The notes under the pieces are model-generated. The model saw nothing but the letters and a program-made list of their open reading frames with translations, was not told the origin of the DNA and searched no databases. Shown piece after piece: positions 8,630 through 16,807 of a stretch of 64,000 nt of DNA. Source of the DNA: a virus (lineage: Duplodnaviria; Caudoviricetes). The position numbers and the translations under genes are program-made. Each line of letters begins with the position of its first letter. Within the stretch, counting starts at the first letter, position 1. Where the stretch lies: the IMG/VR virus record IMGVR_UViG_3300020577_013934, positions 13,623 through 77,622 of that record; one strand, 5' to 3'.

Positions 8630-9297
8630 CGGCCGTCGTCAAGGCGTTCCGCCACCAGGACAAGCTGGTCTGCATTCGCGTCGACGAAGACCCGCAGGAC
8701 CCGCGCAAGGAGTGGGACAACGCGGGGATCTTCTGGGCGTGGCACCGGCGCTATACGATCGGCGACAAGGACGAGGTCACGCGCCACGGCAAGACGTTCC
8801 GCAAGTCGGACTTCGATCCGAGCGACTTCGGGAACTTCGGCGAGCTCGCCGACGCGATCTACGCGAAGCACCGCGCCGTGCTCGTGCTGCCGGTCTACTT
8901 GATGGACCACAGCGGACTGTCGCTCTCGGTGAGCGACTTCCGCGATCGGTGGGACTCAGGCCAGCTCGGCGTGATCTGGCTGCCTCGCGAGGGGCTGGCG
9001 GACATCGGCTACAAGATCGCGTCGAAGGGCGCGCTCGCGAAGGCCGAGGACCTGCTCAAGTCCGAGGTCGCCGTCCAGGACGCGTACGTCTCGGGCAGCG
9101 TCTTCGGCTGGGAGTCGTACGCCCTGGTCGAGCGCGACGGCGAGCCCGCCAAGGGCGAGTTCCTCGACTCGTGCTGGGGCTACTACGGGATCTCCGAGGT
9201 CCCGTACATGCTCGAATGCGCGCTCGGGTCGCCCGAGGCTGCGAAGGCGGCCGAGGAGCTCGACGAGCGCGACGCGCGCGAACTGGACGCTGCGTGA
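8626..9297 (+). CDS. Conserved phage-type hypothetical protein
   Basis: GTGA overlap with the upstream stop; DPRKEWDNAG...HRRYTIGD and DSCWGYYG motifs. Confidence 0.65.
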   Translation: MTAVVKAFRHQDKLVCIRVDEDPQDPRKEWDNAGIFWAWHRRYTIGDKDEVTRHGKTFRKSDFDPSDFGNFGELADAIYAKHRAVLVLPVYLMDHSGLSLSVSDFRDRWDSGQLGVIWLPREGLADIGYKIASKGALAKAEDLLKSEVAVQDAYVSGSVFGWESYALVERDGEPAKGEFLDSCWGYYGISEVPYMLECALGSPEAAKAAEELDERDARELDAA

Positions 9298-9318
9298 ACT
9301 TCGGGTGGGTTCGGAGGC

Positions 9319-9549
9319 ATGAGCGACACCGACGCCAAGGCTTCCGAACCCACCACCCTCCGGACGCGCCAGCGCATCCGCAAGGCGATCGACAAGCACC
9401 TCGCCACCATGGAGACCTCCGAGAACCTCGACACGGCCGCGAAGCACGCGGCCATCGTCGGTTCTTTGGCCGCCACGAACGAAGCGCTCGTGCCGATCTA
9501 CCAGAACGTCGGTGGCGACCCCCGTGCTATCACGACGCCGATTGATTGA
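9319..9549 (+). CDS. Hypothetical protein
   Basis: GGAGG RBS; 76 aa. Confidence 0.55.
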   Translation: MSDTDAKASEPTTLRTRQRIRKAIDKHLATMETSENLDTAAKHAAIVGSLAATNEALVPIYQNVGGDPRAITTPID

Positions 9550-9581
9550 CCTCCGGGAGTTTACCGCGTACGGTAAACTCC
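9546..9581 (+). promoter_or_regulatory. Sigma70-type promoter overlapped by a perfect inverted repeat (operator-like)
   Basis: TTGACC(9546)-17 nt-TACGGT(9569), ATG at 9582; GGAGTTTACCG-CGTA-CGGTAAACTCC at 9556-9581. Confidence 0.65.
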
Positions 9582-9770
9582 ATGAAGGTCAAGCTACACA
9601 ACAACCACCCGGGCGCCGTCGCCGCGACGGACAACACCCTCAAGACCCTCGGCGGTGGCGTCCACGAGCTCAAGCGCGACCCGAACGGCAACGTCATCTT
9701 CGACGAAGATGGGTTTGCCGAGGTCGCGACCACCAACCCTGGCTTCTTCAAGTTCGCTTACACCCGCTAG
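9582..9770 (+). CDS. Small hypothetical protein (possible TAG read-through to 9797)
   Basis: Leaderless ATG 9582; ends ...FKFAYTR-TAG-GYVAEVRD-TGA. Confidence 0.6.
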   Translation: MKVKLHNNHPGAVAATDNTLKTLGGGVHELKRDPNGNVIFDEDGFAEVATTNPGFFKFAYTR

Positions 9771-9803
9771 GGCTACGTGGCAGAAGTACGCGACTGACCC
9801 TTC

Positions 9804-10152
9804 GGGGGCGAAACGGCTTCGACGTGGAGAACTAGGTCGAGACTGCGTCACAGGGCTGGGCCACCTCACGGCTTACGTAGAAACGCGAACGACAACGCGA
9901 TGCTCGCAGCGGCCTGATAAGCCCCTGCGACGTCCTCGGGGCAGGCCGGCTCGGGTCGGCTTCGGGGGCGCAATCAATCCGAGCTAGCGAGCGCGGGCGG
10001 TGCGGCCGGCGCGGGCGAGACACGCAGCACCAGACCAGACGAGACCCCGCCCGTGGGGATGCTCGGCGGGAGAAGAGACACGCGGGACAGGTGACGTAGA
10101 CGTCCGGCGGAACGCTTCGCGGACCCGGGTTCGACTCCCGGCGCCTCCACCC
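9804..10152 (+). ncRNA. ssrA: tmRNA (SsrA), tag peptide ANDNAMLAAA
   Basis: 5' GGGGGCGAAACGGCTTCGAC; 3' GGTTCGACTCCCGGCGCCTCCACC; G3:U acceptor pair; tag frame GCG AAC GAC AAC GCG ATG CTC GCA GCG GCC TGA TAA at 9885-9920. Confidence 0.95.
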
Positions 10153-10172
10153 TTCGTTCGCAGCGACAGGAC

Positions 10173-10220
10173 CCGACGGCCGGCAGGAGTGGAGACCCTG
10201 CCGGCCGTCGGCTTTTCTTT
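10173..10220 (+). terminator. Intrinsic terminator after ssrA
   Basis: 15-bp stem ccgacggccggcagg/cctgccggccgtcgg then cttttcttt. Confidence 0.8.
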
Positions 10221-10246
10221 GGCCGTTACGCCGTATACTTCGGGCC

Positions 10247-11017
10247 ATGAGCACCTTCCGTTTCGTCGACGCCGGCATGTACTGCCTCCAGCAGACCGTC
10301 TCCGGGACGGGTGTGTTCAGCGGCGTGCGCCTCGGCTACGCGACGTACAGCTACAACTCGGGTGGGGCCCAATTCGACGTGCGCTTCCCGCACCTCGGCA
10401 CCGACGGCAACGCGTACAAGTTCCAGATGGACGCGCCGCCGAACACTGTGCCGGTGGCGAAGACGACCGCGTTTTTCGACAAGTCGTCCAAGACGCTGCG
10501 CGTGCAGCTGCGTGGCACGTCCGCCGCGATCACGTCCACTGCGCAAGAGGTCGTCGACGCGATCAACGGGCTCGACCGCCCGCTTTACGGCGCCGCGCTC
10601 GTCGCGGGCGCGGTAATCCCTGCCAGCCTCGCGCCCGTCAACCTCGCGGGCGGCCTCGACCCCGACCTCGCGGCCGGCTACGCGTTCCCCAAGCTCGCGC
10701 CCCCGGCCAACACGAACGGCGGCCTGTTCTACTTCGACCAGAACCGTCCCTGGAAGCTCCAGACCGTGGGCGGCGCGCTCGGCGCAGACGCGACGCTCAA
10801 GGTGTCCATCGTCAACGTGGACAAGGCGCTGCGCGTCATCGGCACGGCGGCCGTGGTACTGTCGTCGCAGAACCTCACGACCCCGTGGCAGCCGACCGGC
10901 ACGCGCATCGACGTGCCGGTGATGCCGGGGCAGGCCGTGCAGGTTACCGCCAACACGCAGGGCACGGTCTTCGTGACGGCGGCCTCCCTCACCGCGATGG
11001 ACAACATCTCCGACTGA
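10247..11017 (+). CDS. Putative virion structural protein, paralog of 15055-15849
   Basis: Shared motifs VSGTG.F.G, TA.EV..A.N, GG.DP, PP.N.N.G; TATACT -10 box 7 nt before the ATG. Confidence 0.6.
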   Translation: MSTFRFVDAGMYCLQQTVSGTGVFSGVRLGYATYSYNSGGAQFDVRFPHLGTDGNAYKFQMDAPPNTVPVAKTTAFFDKSSKTLRVQLRGTSAAITSTAQEVVDAINGLDRPLYGAALVAGAVIPASLAPVNLAGGLDPDLAAGYAFPKLAPPANTNGGLFYFDQNRPWKLQTVGGALGADATLKVSIVNVDKALRVIGTAAVVLSSQNLTTPWQPTGTRIDVPVMPGQAVQVTANTQGTVFVTAASLTAMDNISD

Positions 11018-11220
11018 TGGGCGACGCGAAGTTCACACCCCCGACCAACGCCTCGACGATCGCCGACGGGCCGTGCCCGTTCTGTTCCGGCACCTACGCC
11101 GTCTGCCGCGACAACGACACGGGCGACCCGTTCCTCACGCACACGATGGAGCCGTGCGCGCAGTTCGTCGCGTTCGAGCCCGACGTGTACCTGCGGTGCG
11201 TCCGCCAGGGCGTGAATTGA
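11017..11220 (+). CDS. Small Cys-containing hypothetical protein
   Basis: TGATG coupling; CPFC motif. Confidence 0.5.
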   Translation: MGDAKFTPPTNASTIADGPCPFCSGTYAVCRDNDTGDPFLTHTMEPCAQFVAFEPDVYLRCVRQGVN

Positions 11221-11245
11221 CAGCGCGCCCGGCGCTGCCTACGCT
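11217..11245 (+). promoter_or_regulatory. Sigma70-type promoter
   Basis: TTGACA(11217)-17 nt-TACGCT(11240). Confidence 0.7.
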
Positions 11246-11350
11246 CCTCCCATGATCACCGACCTGATGTAGCTGTCGCCGTCGCGCGGACCTCCCTCCG
11301 AGAGCCGGTCTCCCACCGCGTTCTCTCGTCCGAGTTCAGGAGGTTCCGTC

Positions 11351-11638
11351 ATGTCGAAGATCAAGCTGTTCATCAAGTCTCAGGCCGAGGCCCAGTCGTC
11401 GCACCGCCGCGCGCGTCCCCGCGACGCCGGGTGGGCCTCGAACCGCCTCGCGATCCGCCGCACCGCCCGCGCGGCGCTGCTGCTCTACGCGTTCTCGCGC
11501 GGCGTCGCGTACACCAAGCTGGAGCGCCGGGCGCACGAGCCACCGCCCGTGTGGCTCGCCGCCAAGCTCTCGGCGGAGCTGTGCGAGGCCCCCGTCACGG
11601 AAGGAGCGCTGTCCGCATGGACGACCGCTGCTACGTGA
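11351..11638 (+). CDS. Hypothetical basic protein upstream of the Pth2-like gene
   Basis: AGGAGG RBS; ARAALLLYAFSRGVAY motif. Confidence 0.65.
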   Translation: MSKIKLFIKSQAEAQSSHRRARPRDAGWASNRLAIRRTARAALLLYAFSRGVAYTKLERRAHEPPPVWLAAKLSAELCEAPVTEGALSAWTTAAT

Positions 11639-11925
11639 TCACGCGGTCCGACCTGCCCGTGCCCCAGCAGGCCGTGCAGGCGGCGCACGCCGCCCAGACC
11701 TTCGCCGGTCGCCACCCCGGCGACTACGCGCAGACCACGCTCGTCGTGCTCACCGTGCCCGACGAGCCGGCGCTCCGGGCACTGCGCGCACGCTTCGAGG
11801 CCACGCCCGCGCGCCTCGCCGCGTTCCACGAGCCCGACCGGGGCGGCGAGCTCACGGCGTTCTGCGCGGCCGGCGCCCCGGCGCGGCGGCTGTGCGCGCG
11901 CCTGCCGATGGCCTTCACGCCGTAA
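11617..11925 (+). CDS. Peptidyl-tRNA hydrolase type 2 (Pth2)-like protein
   Basis: AAGGAG RBS; YVITRSDL..QQAVQAAHA...LVVL.VPDE..L...FHEPD...LTA pattern of phage Pth2-like proteins. Confidence 0.7.
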   Translation: MDDRCYVITRSDLPVPQQAVQAAHAAQTFAGRHPGDYAQTTLVVLTVPDEPALRALRARFEATPARLAAFHEPDRGGELTAFCAAGAPARRLCARLPMAFTP

Positions 11926-11945
11926 AGCCGCCTACGCTTTCGTGC

Positions 11946-12269
11946 GTGAAGGCATCGCGCTACGCGCTCGACCACCTCCCCGCCGACAACCGACGCCTCG
12001 CCCTGCGCCTCTACAAGACTGAGATCCGCGCGCTGCTCGACGCGGCGAAGGACCGGCCCTGCGCGCGCTGCCGACAGGCGTTCCCGATCTGCTGCATGCA
12101 GTTCGACCACCTGCCAGGCACGCGCAAGCGCTTCAACCTGAGCGAGGCGCGCGCCGGGTTGATCCCGCGCCACGTCGTGTTACAAGAGCTCAAGAAGTGC
12201 GAGGTCGTGTGCGCGAACTGCCACGCAATCCGCGAGGACGAGCGGCGGCGTGTGTATGTCGCTGCGTGA
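11946..12269 (+). CDS. HNH-family endonuclease
   Basis: PCARC...MQFDHL...KCEVVCANCH; same family as 2508-2921; start uncertain. Confidence 0.75.
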   Translation: MKASRYALDHLPADNRRLALRLYKTEIRALLDAAKDRPCARCRQAFPICCMQFDHLPGTRKRFNLSEARAGLIPRHVVLQELKKCEVVCANCHAIREDERRRVYVAA

Positions 12270-12270
12270 G

Positions 12271-12341
12271 CGCCCCGGATGGGAGTCGAACCCATCTCAC
12301 CGCGTTTAGAGCGCGGTGCCTGACCGCTAGGCTACCGGGAC
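12271..12341 (-). tRNA. tRNA with CUA anticodon (amber suppressor), Glu/Gln-like body, CCA not encoded
   Basis: GTCCCGG TA GCCT AGCGGTC AGGC A CCGCG CTCTAAA CGCGG TGAG ATGGG TTCGACT CCCAT CCGGGGC G; anticodon at 12309-12307. Confidence 0.88.
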
Positions 12342-12769
12342 TTGTTGCGCCCACAGTATGTGGGTAGCTGCGAGTCGCAGTTGGGACAGAGTAGACGGAG
12401 ATTGCGGAGTCGGTTGTCGTTGTTGTGCCCGTTGATGTGATCGAGGCGCAGGGTAAGCGGCTTTCCGCGCCACGTATTGATCCCGCACAACGCACACACG
12501 TGTTTGAGTAGTCCCGCTTTCAGCAAGCGGCGCTTGAGAGGCCCACGGGCGTACGTGCTGTTGGCGACCAACACGGCTTTGAGCGGGGTGTCGGTGCTTC
12601 GGCGTGAGCGCCCGTGTGCTTTTCCAGTCCAGTGTGTCGTGTCGAGTTTACGCCGTTCGACTTCGCGTTTGACGTAGCGGTAGTTGCTTCCGACGATCGC
12701 GCGCCCGAGGGTACGTATGACGCCTGCGATGGAGACGTTCTGTCGTACGGCTCGCTCGAAGGCGTCCAT
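12332..12769 (-). CDS. HNH homing endonuclease
   Basis: CALCG...LRLDHINGHNNDNRLRNLRLLCPNCDSQ; its TAG stop lies inside the 5' end of the tRNA; lower GC. Confidence 0.9.
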   Translation of the reverse strand: MDAFERAVRQNVSIAGVIRTLGRAIVGSNYRYVKREVERRKLDTTHWTGKAHGRSRRSTDTPLKAVLVANSTYARGPLKRRLLKAGLLKHVCALCGINTWRGKPLTLRLDHINGHNNDNRLRNLRLLCPNCDSQLPTYCGRNKSR

Positions 12770-12774
12770 TGGCG

Positions 12775-13290
12775 CTAACCGAGGGTGACCCGTCCGCCGG
12801 GCGGGGTGCGGGGCATGTCGCCCGCCGAGGCGAGGCGCACGCGGCGCTGGAGGTGCTCGGTGATGTCCGTTTCGTTCTCGTACGAGACGACGAGCACGTC
12901 CTCGGCCACGGGCAGCACACCGCTCGTCTCCAGGTACGAGCGCACGAAGCGGCAGTTCTGGTAGTAGACGCCCAGGCCCCAACCGCCCTGGTCGCGGAAC
13001 GCCCAGCCGATGCCGAAGAGCTTCTCCTGCCCGATGCCGGCGAGCGACGTGCGGTGGAGGTTCTCGACGAACGTCTGGAGCTGCGTCTGCATGCGCGGGG
13101 CGCGCGTCAGGACGCGGCGGATCTCGATGCCGCGCTCCAGGCCCGGCGTGAACGAGCGGCAGCCCGTCACCATGCCGAAGACGGCGTTCTGGCCCGCGCT
13201 GTCGTACTGGGGTCCGCCGAGGAACACCAGCGCGTTCTGGACCTCGAACGGCTGGATCTGGGAAGGGTCGATCTCGTTGTCGTTGCTCAT
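12775..13290 (-). CDS. Putative tail-tube-like structural protein
   Basis: Weak similarity by eye to 30170-30955 (ALVFLGGP..FGMVT vs TLLLAGP..LGMFT); leaderless TAGTGT -10. Confidence 0.4.
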   Translation of the reverse strand: MSNDNEIDPSQIQPFEVQNALVFLGGPQYDSAGQNAVFGMVTGCRSFTPGLERGIEIRRVLTRAPRMQTQLQTFVENLHRTSLAGIGQEKLFGIGWAFRDQGGWGLGVYYQNCRFVRSYLETSGVLPVAEDVLVVSYENETDITEHLQRRVRLASAGDMPRTPPGGRVTLG

Positions 13291-13324
13291 GCCGACGACA
13301 CTACCACGACAGGGTAACTTGTCG

Positions 13325-13530
13325 AAGTATGGAGTTGGGCCGGTCTCTCCCGGCTGTCACCCCGCCGATCACAGTTCCCTGGGGTTGGGACGTCTACGCG
13401 GATCAGTCGCGCTAACGGGGTTGTAGGCCCACTCTCCCGCTTCGGTTGTCGTCGAGACGGTGTCGCGCGAGGGGGGATCGCGCGTGTCCGCCACGGGCCA
13501 CTGACAAGAGTGGGTCCACGCTACCCGGCG
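13325..13530 (-). ncRNA. Candidate structured non-coding RNA
   Basis: About 200-nt intergenic stretch with several stems, e.g. GCCGG-GAGAGA-CCGGC (13339-13354) and cgcgcga/tcgcgcg (13464-13484); strand inferred from the flanking genes. Confidence 0.35.
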
Positions 13531-13542
13531 TTCTTTACGGCG

Positions 13543-14367
13543 TCAAGCCACCGGCGTGCGCTGGTGGTAGCCGTAGTCGATGCGCTGGGCGATCTTCTTT
13601 GGGTCGAAGTCGAGCGGGTCGTCCATCCACGCGATCTCCGGCGCGTGCACGCGCACCGCGACCCCAGCGAGGTCTGCCGACCGGAGGTCGTTGACGTAGA
13701 CCTCGTCGCTCAGGATACCCGCCGCGCGCAGCCCGATGTCGATCGCGCTGCGCCCCTTCTGCACGTCCCACTCGGCCACGTCGCCCCGCAGCGGCGAGGT
13801 CAGCACGACGTCGACCTCGGTGGCGCCGGCCTTCACGGCGTCGAGGATCGGCGTGACGTTGCGCACGCCGCCGTCGACCCACAGGTCCCCGTCGATGTAC
13901 GACGGCCGGAACGCGACCGGGAACGCCGCGCTCGCCATGACCCACTCGGCGAGTCGGTCGTCGCGCTCGGTGATCGTGCGGTAGTGGCCCGTCTTGAGGC
14001 TGACGGCGCCGAGGCGCAGCCGCACGCCGGAGCGGCGGATGACGACCTCGCTCATCGCGCCTTCGACCAGCGCGCGCAGCGGCGCGGTGTCGTACATCGC
14101 GCCCTGCCACAGCAGCGCGAGCGCGCCCATGGTCCAGCCGGTGTAGATCGACCGGTTGCCGGTGATGCGGCGCCAGAACGCCTCCAGCGTCATGGCCCCC
14201 GCGCGCTGGGTTTGCACACTGAAGTGCGCCATATGTGCAGCGTTGATCGCGCCGACCGAGACGCCCGCGATCACGTCCCATCGACCACCTTGCTCGGTGA
14301 GTCGCTTCAGCACACCGACTTGGTACGCGCCGCGCGCGCCGCCACCTGAGAGCACGAGAGCTTTCAT
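13543..14367 (-). CDS. Patatin-like phospholipase
   Basis: LVLSGGGARG, GVSVG nucleophile, ASAAFP, DGG motifs. Confidence 0.93.
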   Translation of the reverse strand: MKALVLSGGGARGAYQVGVLKRLTEQGGRWDVIAGVSVGAINAAHMAHFSVQTQRAGAMTLEAFWRRITGNRSIYTGWTMGALALLWQGAMYDTAPLRALVEGAMSEVVIRRSGVRLRLGAVSLKTGHYRTITERDDRLAEWVMASAAFPVAFRPSYIDGDLWVDGGVRNVTPILDAVKAGATEVDVVLTSPLRGDVAEWDVQKGRSAIDIGLRAAGILSDEVYVNDLRSADLAGVAVRVHAPEIAWMDDPLDFDPKKIAQRIDYGYHQRTPVA

Positions 14368-14404
14368 GTTGAAAAGCGTAATCGACGGCAGCTACCTTTT
14401 CGAC

Positions 14405-15013
14405 ATGCTCGCATCTCACGTGCTTGTTTTGCTCGCGGAGCTCACCGTGCAGACGATCGGAGGCTGGTTGGCCGCCGTGCTCGTCGGTGGCGGCGGACTC
14501 TGGATTCTTTTTTTGCTCATGGTCCGAGGGTTTTGGGACAAGACCGGGAAGCCGGCGATCAAGGACTTGATCGTGGCCCTGCACGCGGAGCCGGAGTATG
14601 TGAAAAAACAAAGAGAGGAGATACAGAGCGTGATTCAAACGTGGCATAACGAGCCTGAGCAGCTCAAGGTGCGTATTGAGTTCGTAAAGGGCGTTATCGA
14701 CAATGAGGTTCGCCGGGACGACGGCGTGATTCATAGAGATATCACGACTAAGGTCACAGCTCTGGAGGCGGCTCTTGCCAAGAAAATCGATGATATGGCC
14801 GTCAAGTTTGACCACTTTCAGGAGTCGCAAGAGCAGCGAGACAAAGAAAACCGTGAGTTCAGCACGCAGGTACTTGCGAAACTTGCGCGCATTGAGGGCG
14901 CATTTCAAACAATGACGAACCGGAGACTTGGTGGCACCGGTGAGAGCTACACGAGTCTGCCCGCGCAGCGTCCGTCGAAGCCCGGCAGTAGTGGTTCGTC
15001 CTCGGAGGGTTGA
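14405..15013 (+). CDS. Membrane-anchored coiled-coil protein (possible lysis accessory)
   Basis: Hydrophobic N-terminal segment followed by a charged helical region; lower GC; start uncertain. Confidence 0.55.
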   Translation: MLASHVLVLLAELTVQTIGGWLAAVLVGGGGLWILFLLMVRGFWDKTGKPAIKDLIVALHAEPEYVKKQREEIQSVIQTWHNEPEQLKVRIEFVKGVIDNEVRRDDGVIHRDITTKVTALEAALAKKIDDMAVKFDHFQESQEQRDKENREFSTQVLAKLARIEGAFQTMTNRRLGGTGESYTSLPAQRPSKPGSSGSSSEG

Positions 15014-15054
15014 GTACGTCTTTTAGTTTGTTGACTAGCTACAATCCTTTCAAG

Positions 15055-15849
15055 ATGTACCCGAGCGCTGGTCAAAAGTTTCTTATCCAGTACGCGGTGT
15101 CCGGGACTGGAGCCTTCAACGGCTCCGAGTATGGGCGCGCGCGACTCACGGTCGATCCGGGCCTCGGGCCCAACGCGATCGTCTACTTCGCGTCGAAGCT
15201 CTACGGCACTCCGTCCAACGCGCTGACGGTGGAGTACGTCGATGCGGGCGCGGGCGTGACTGTCATTGCGACCACCGTTACGCAGGTCGGCTCGGCGATC
15301 CGTGTGCTGCTTCGGCGCAGCGCTGTCGCGATCCTCGCGACCGCCGCCGAAGTCGCCAACGCGGTCAACGCCTTTACCGCGTACAGTTCGCCGGGCTTTG
15401 CCGTTGCAGCGCGCGCCGGAGGCACTGGCGCCTCCGTCGTCGCGGCGATCGGACCGCTGACCTTCACCGGCGGCGCCGACCCTACGCGCATCGGGTCGCA
15501 GTTTCTTTGGACTCCGCCGGTCAACGTCAATGCGGGCTTCGTGCAACTGGAGAACCCGTTCCCGATGTGGATTCTTGGTTTCTCCGCGCGCTTCAGTGTG
15601 CTGCTGCCGGGACCCTTCACAGTGACCCTCCAGCGCGTCCGCCTGGAGGCGGACCTGACGCCGATCCTCGCTGAGGCGGTCAACCTCTTTGTTTTCAATG
15701 GCTTGACGCCTAGTGCCGTTGATATTGCATACACTGACGTCAAGCAGCTGATTCACCCCGGCCAGGGCATCCTGGTGGCCACGAGCGCGCCGCTCGCGGG
15801 CTTCTTCAACATCGACGTGATGCGGGCGGCCGAGTTCCCGTACGCTTGA
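15055..15849 (+). CDS. Putative virion structural protein, paralog of 10247-11017
   Basis: Shared motifs with 10247-11017; TACAAT -10 box 9 nt before ATG 15055. Confidence 0.6.
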   Translation: MYPSAGQKFLIQYAVSGTGAFNGSEYGRARLTVDPGLGPNAIVYFASKLYGTPSNALTVEYVDAGAGVTVIATTVTQVGSAIRVLLRRSAVAILATAAEVANAVNAFTAYSSPGFAVAARAGGTGASVVAAIGPLTFTGGADPTRIGSQFLWTPPVNVNAGFVQLENPFPMWILGFSARFSVLLPGPFTVTLQRVRLEADLTPILAEAVNLFVFNGLTPSAVDIAYTDVKQLIHPGQGILVATSAPLAGFFNIDVMRAAEFPYA

Positions 15850-15854
15850 GGACC

Positions 15855-16304
15855 ATGAACTCCTACGAGTACCTCCTGAAGTCCGCCAACGAACAGCTCG
15901 GTTACGCGGCGCAGCCGCCGACGTCGACCCTCACGCGCTCCGGCGGCCCCGGCGCGCCTGCGCTGCCGCCCGCGCCATCTGTTGCGCCGACGACATCCGC
16001 GCCGCCGCCGTCCCCGTCGTCCAAGATCGGGGGCCTGCTCGACGATGTCGAGACGGCGCTGCGCCGTCGCCGCCTCCTACGCGCCGCGCAGGACTCCGCG
16101 CTCGCGAGCGCGGCGCCCGCCGCTGAGCGCTACCGCGCCGCGCGCAACACCGCACTCAAGGGCGTCGGGTTACACAGCCTGGGCCTCGGGCTCGGCGGTC
16201 TCGCGCTCTACGGCGCCGGGCGGCATCTGATGAACCGAGCGGCGCCTTCCGCGCCGGCCCACCAGCCATCGTCCGAGGACTTCGTGGGCTCGTACGGCGG
16301 GTAG
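15855..16304 (+). CDS. Hypothetical protein with K-x-A site and Gly-zipper segment
   Basis: GAGGA RBS; LLKSAN; LGLGLGGLALYGAG. Confidence 0.55.
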   Translation: MNSYEYLLKSANEQLGYAAQPPTSTLTRSGGPGAPALPPAPSVAPTTSAPPPSPSSKIGGLLDDVETALRRRRLLRAAQDSALASAAPAAERYRAARNTALKGVGLHSLGLGLGGLALYGAGRHLMNRAAPSAPAHQPSSEDFVGSYGG

Positions 16305-16315
16305 TACCCTTGGGT

Positions 16316-16804
16316 ATGCCCGTCATTGGCTACCCCGTCACCTCCACCATCCCCACGCGCGCCGAGGTGCGGCGTTTCATGCGCGACTACCCCGGTCCCG
16401 TGAAGGACACGGGGGTGCTGAACGTGCTGCTCGACAACGTCGAGTTCTCGGACACCGACATCGACGCGGCGCTCGTCAACGCGGTCGACTTGTACAACGT
16501 CATGACGCCCATGACGACGCTAAGCATGGCGGCGATCCCGCGCCCGTTGATTCTCTACGGCGCGATCTCGCACCTGATGCTCTCTGAGGGCATGCGCCAG
16601 TTGCGCAACCAAGCCACTGTGCAGGACGGTAACGTCCAACCCATCGGCATCGACGACAAGCAGGCGCTCTACCAGCAGTGGGCCGACTGGATGCGCAACC
16701 AATTCCTGACGATGACCCGCGCCGTGAAGACGCAGCGCAACATGGAGGCGGCGTGGGGCGGCCTCAGCTCCGGCTACCTCAATACGACGCGCAGCCACGG
16801 CTGA
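16316..16804 (+). CDS. Putative head-tail adaptor (neck) protein
   Basis: Helical 162-aa protein with EVRRFMRD, EFSDTDI and QLRNQ...DG motifs typical of head-completion proteins; leaderless TACCCT -10. Confidence 0.45.
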   Translation: MPVIGYPVTSTIPTRAEVRRFMRDYPGPVKDTGVLNVLLDNVEFSDTDIDAALVNAVDLYNVMTPMTTLSMAAIPRPLILYGAISHLMLSEGMRQLRNQATVQDGNVQPIGIDDKQALYQQWADWMRNQFLTMTRAVKTQRNMEAAWGGLSSGYLNTTRSHG

Positions 16805-16807
16805 AAC

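Noticed and set aside
12271-12341. tRNA-Pyl identity for the CUA tRNA
   Set aside because: It has the canonical D-loop GG, TTCGA T-loop, 2-nt acceptor/D linker and 4-nt variable loop, which tRNA-Pyl lacks; no pyl genes are seen
13325-13530. Cobalamin riboswitch or tRNA
   Set aside because: Contains GGGAA and ACTG fragments but not the ordered B12-box; no cloverleaf or TTCGA arm found
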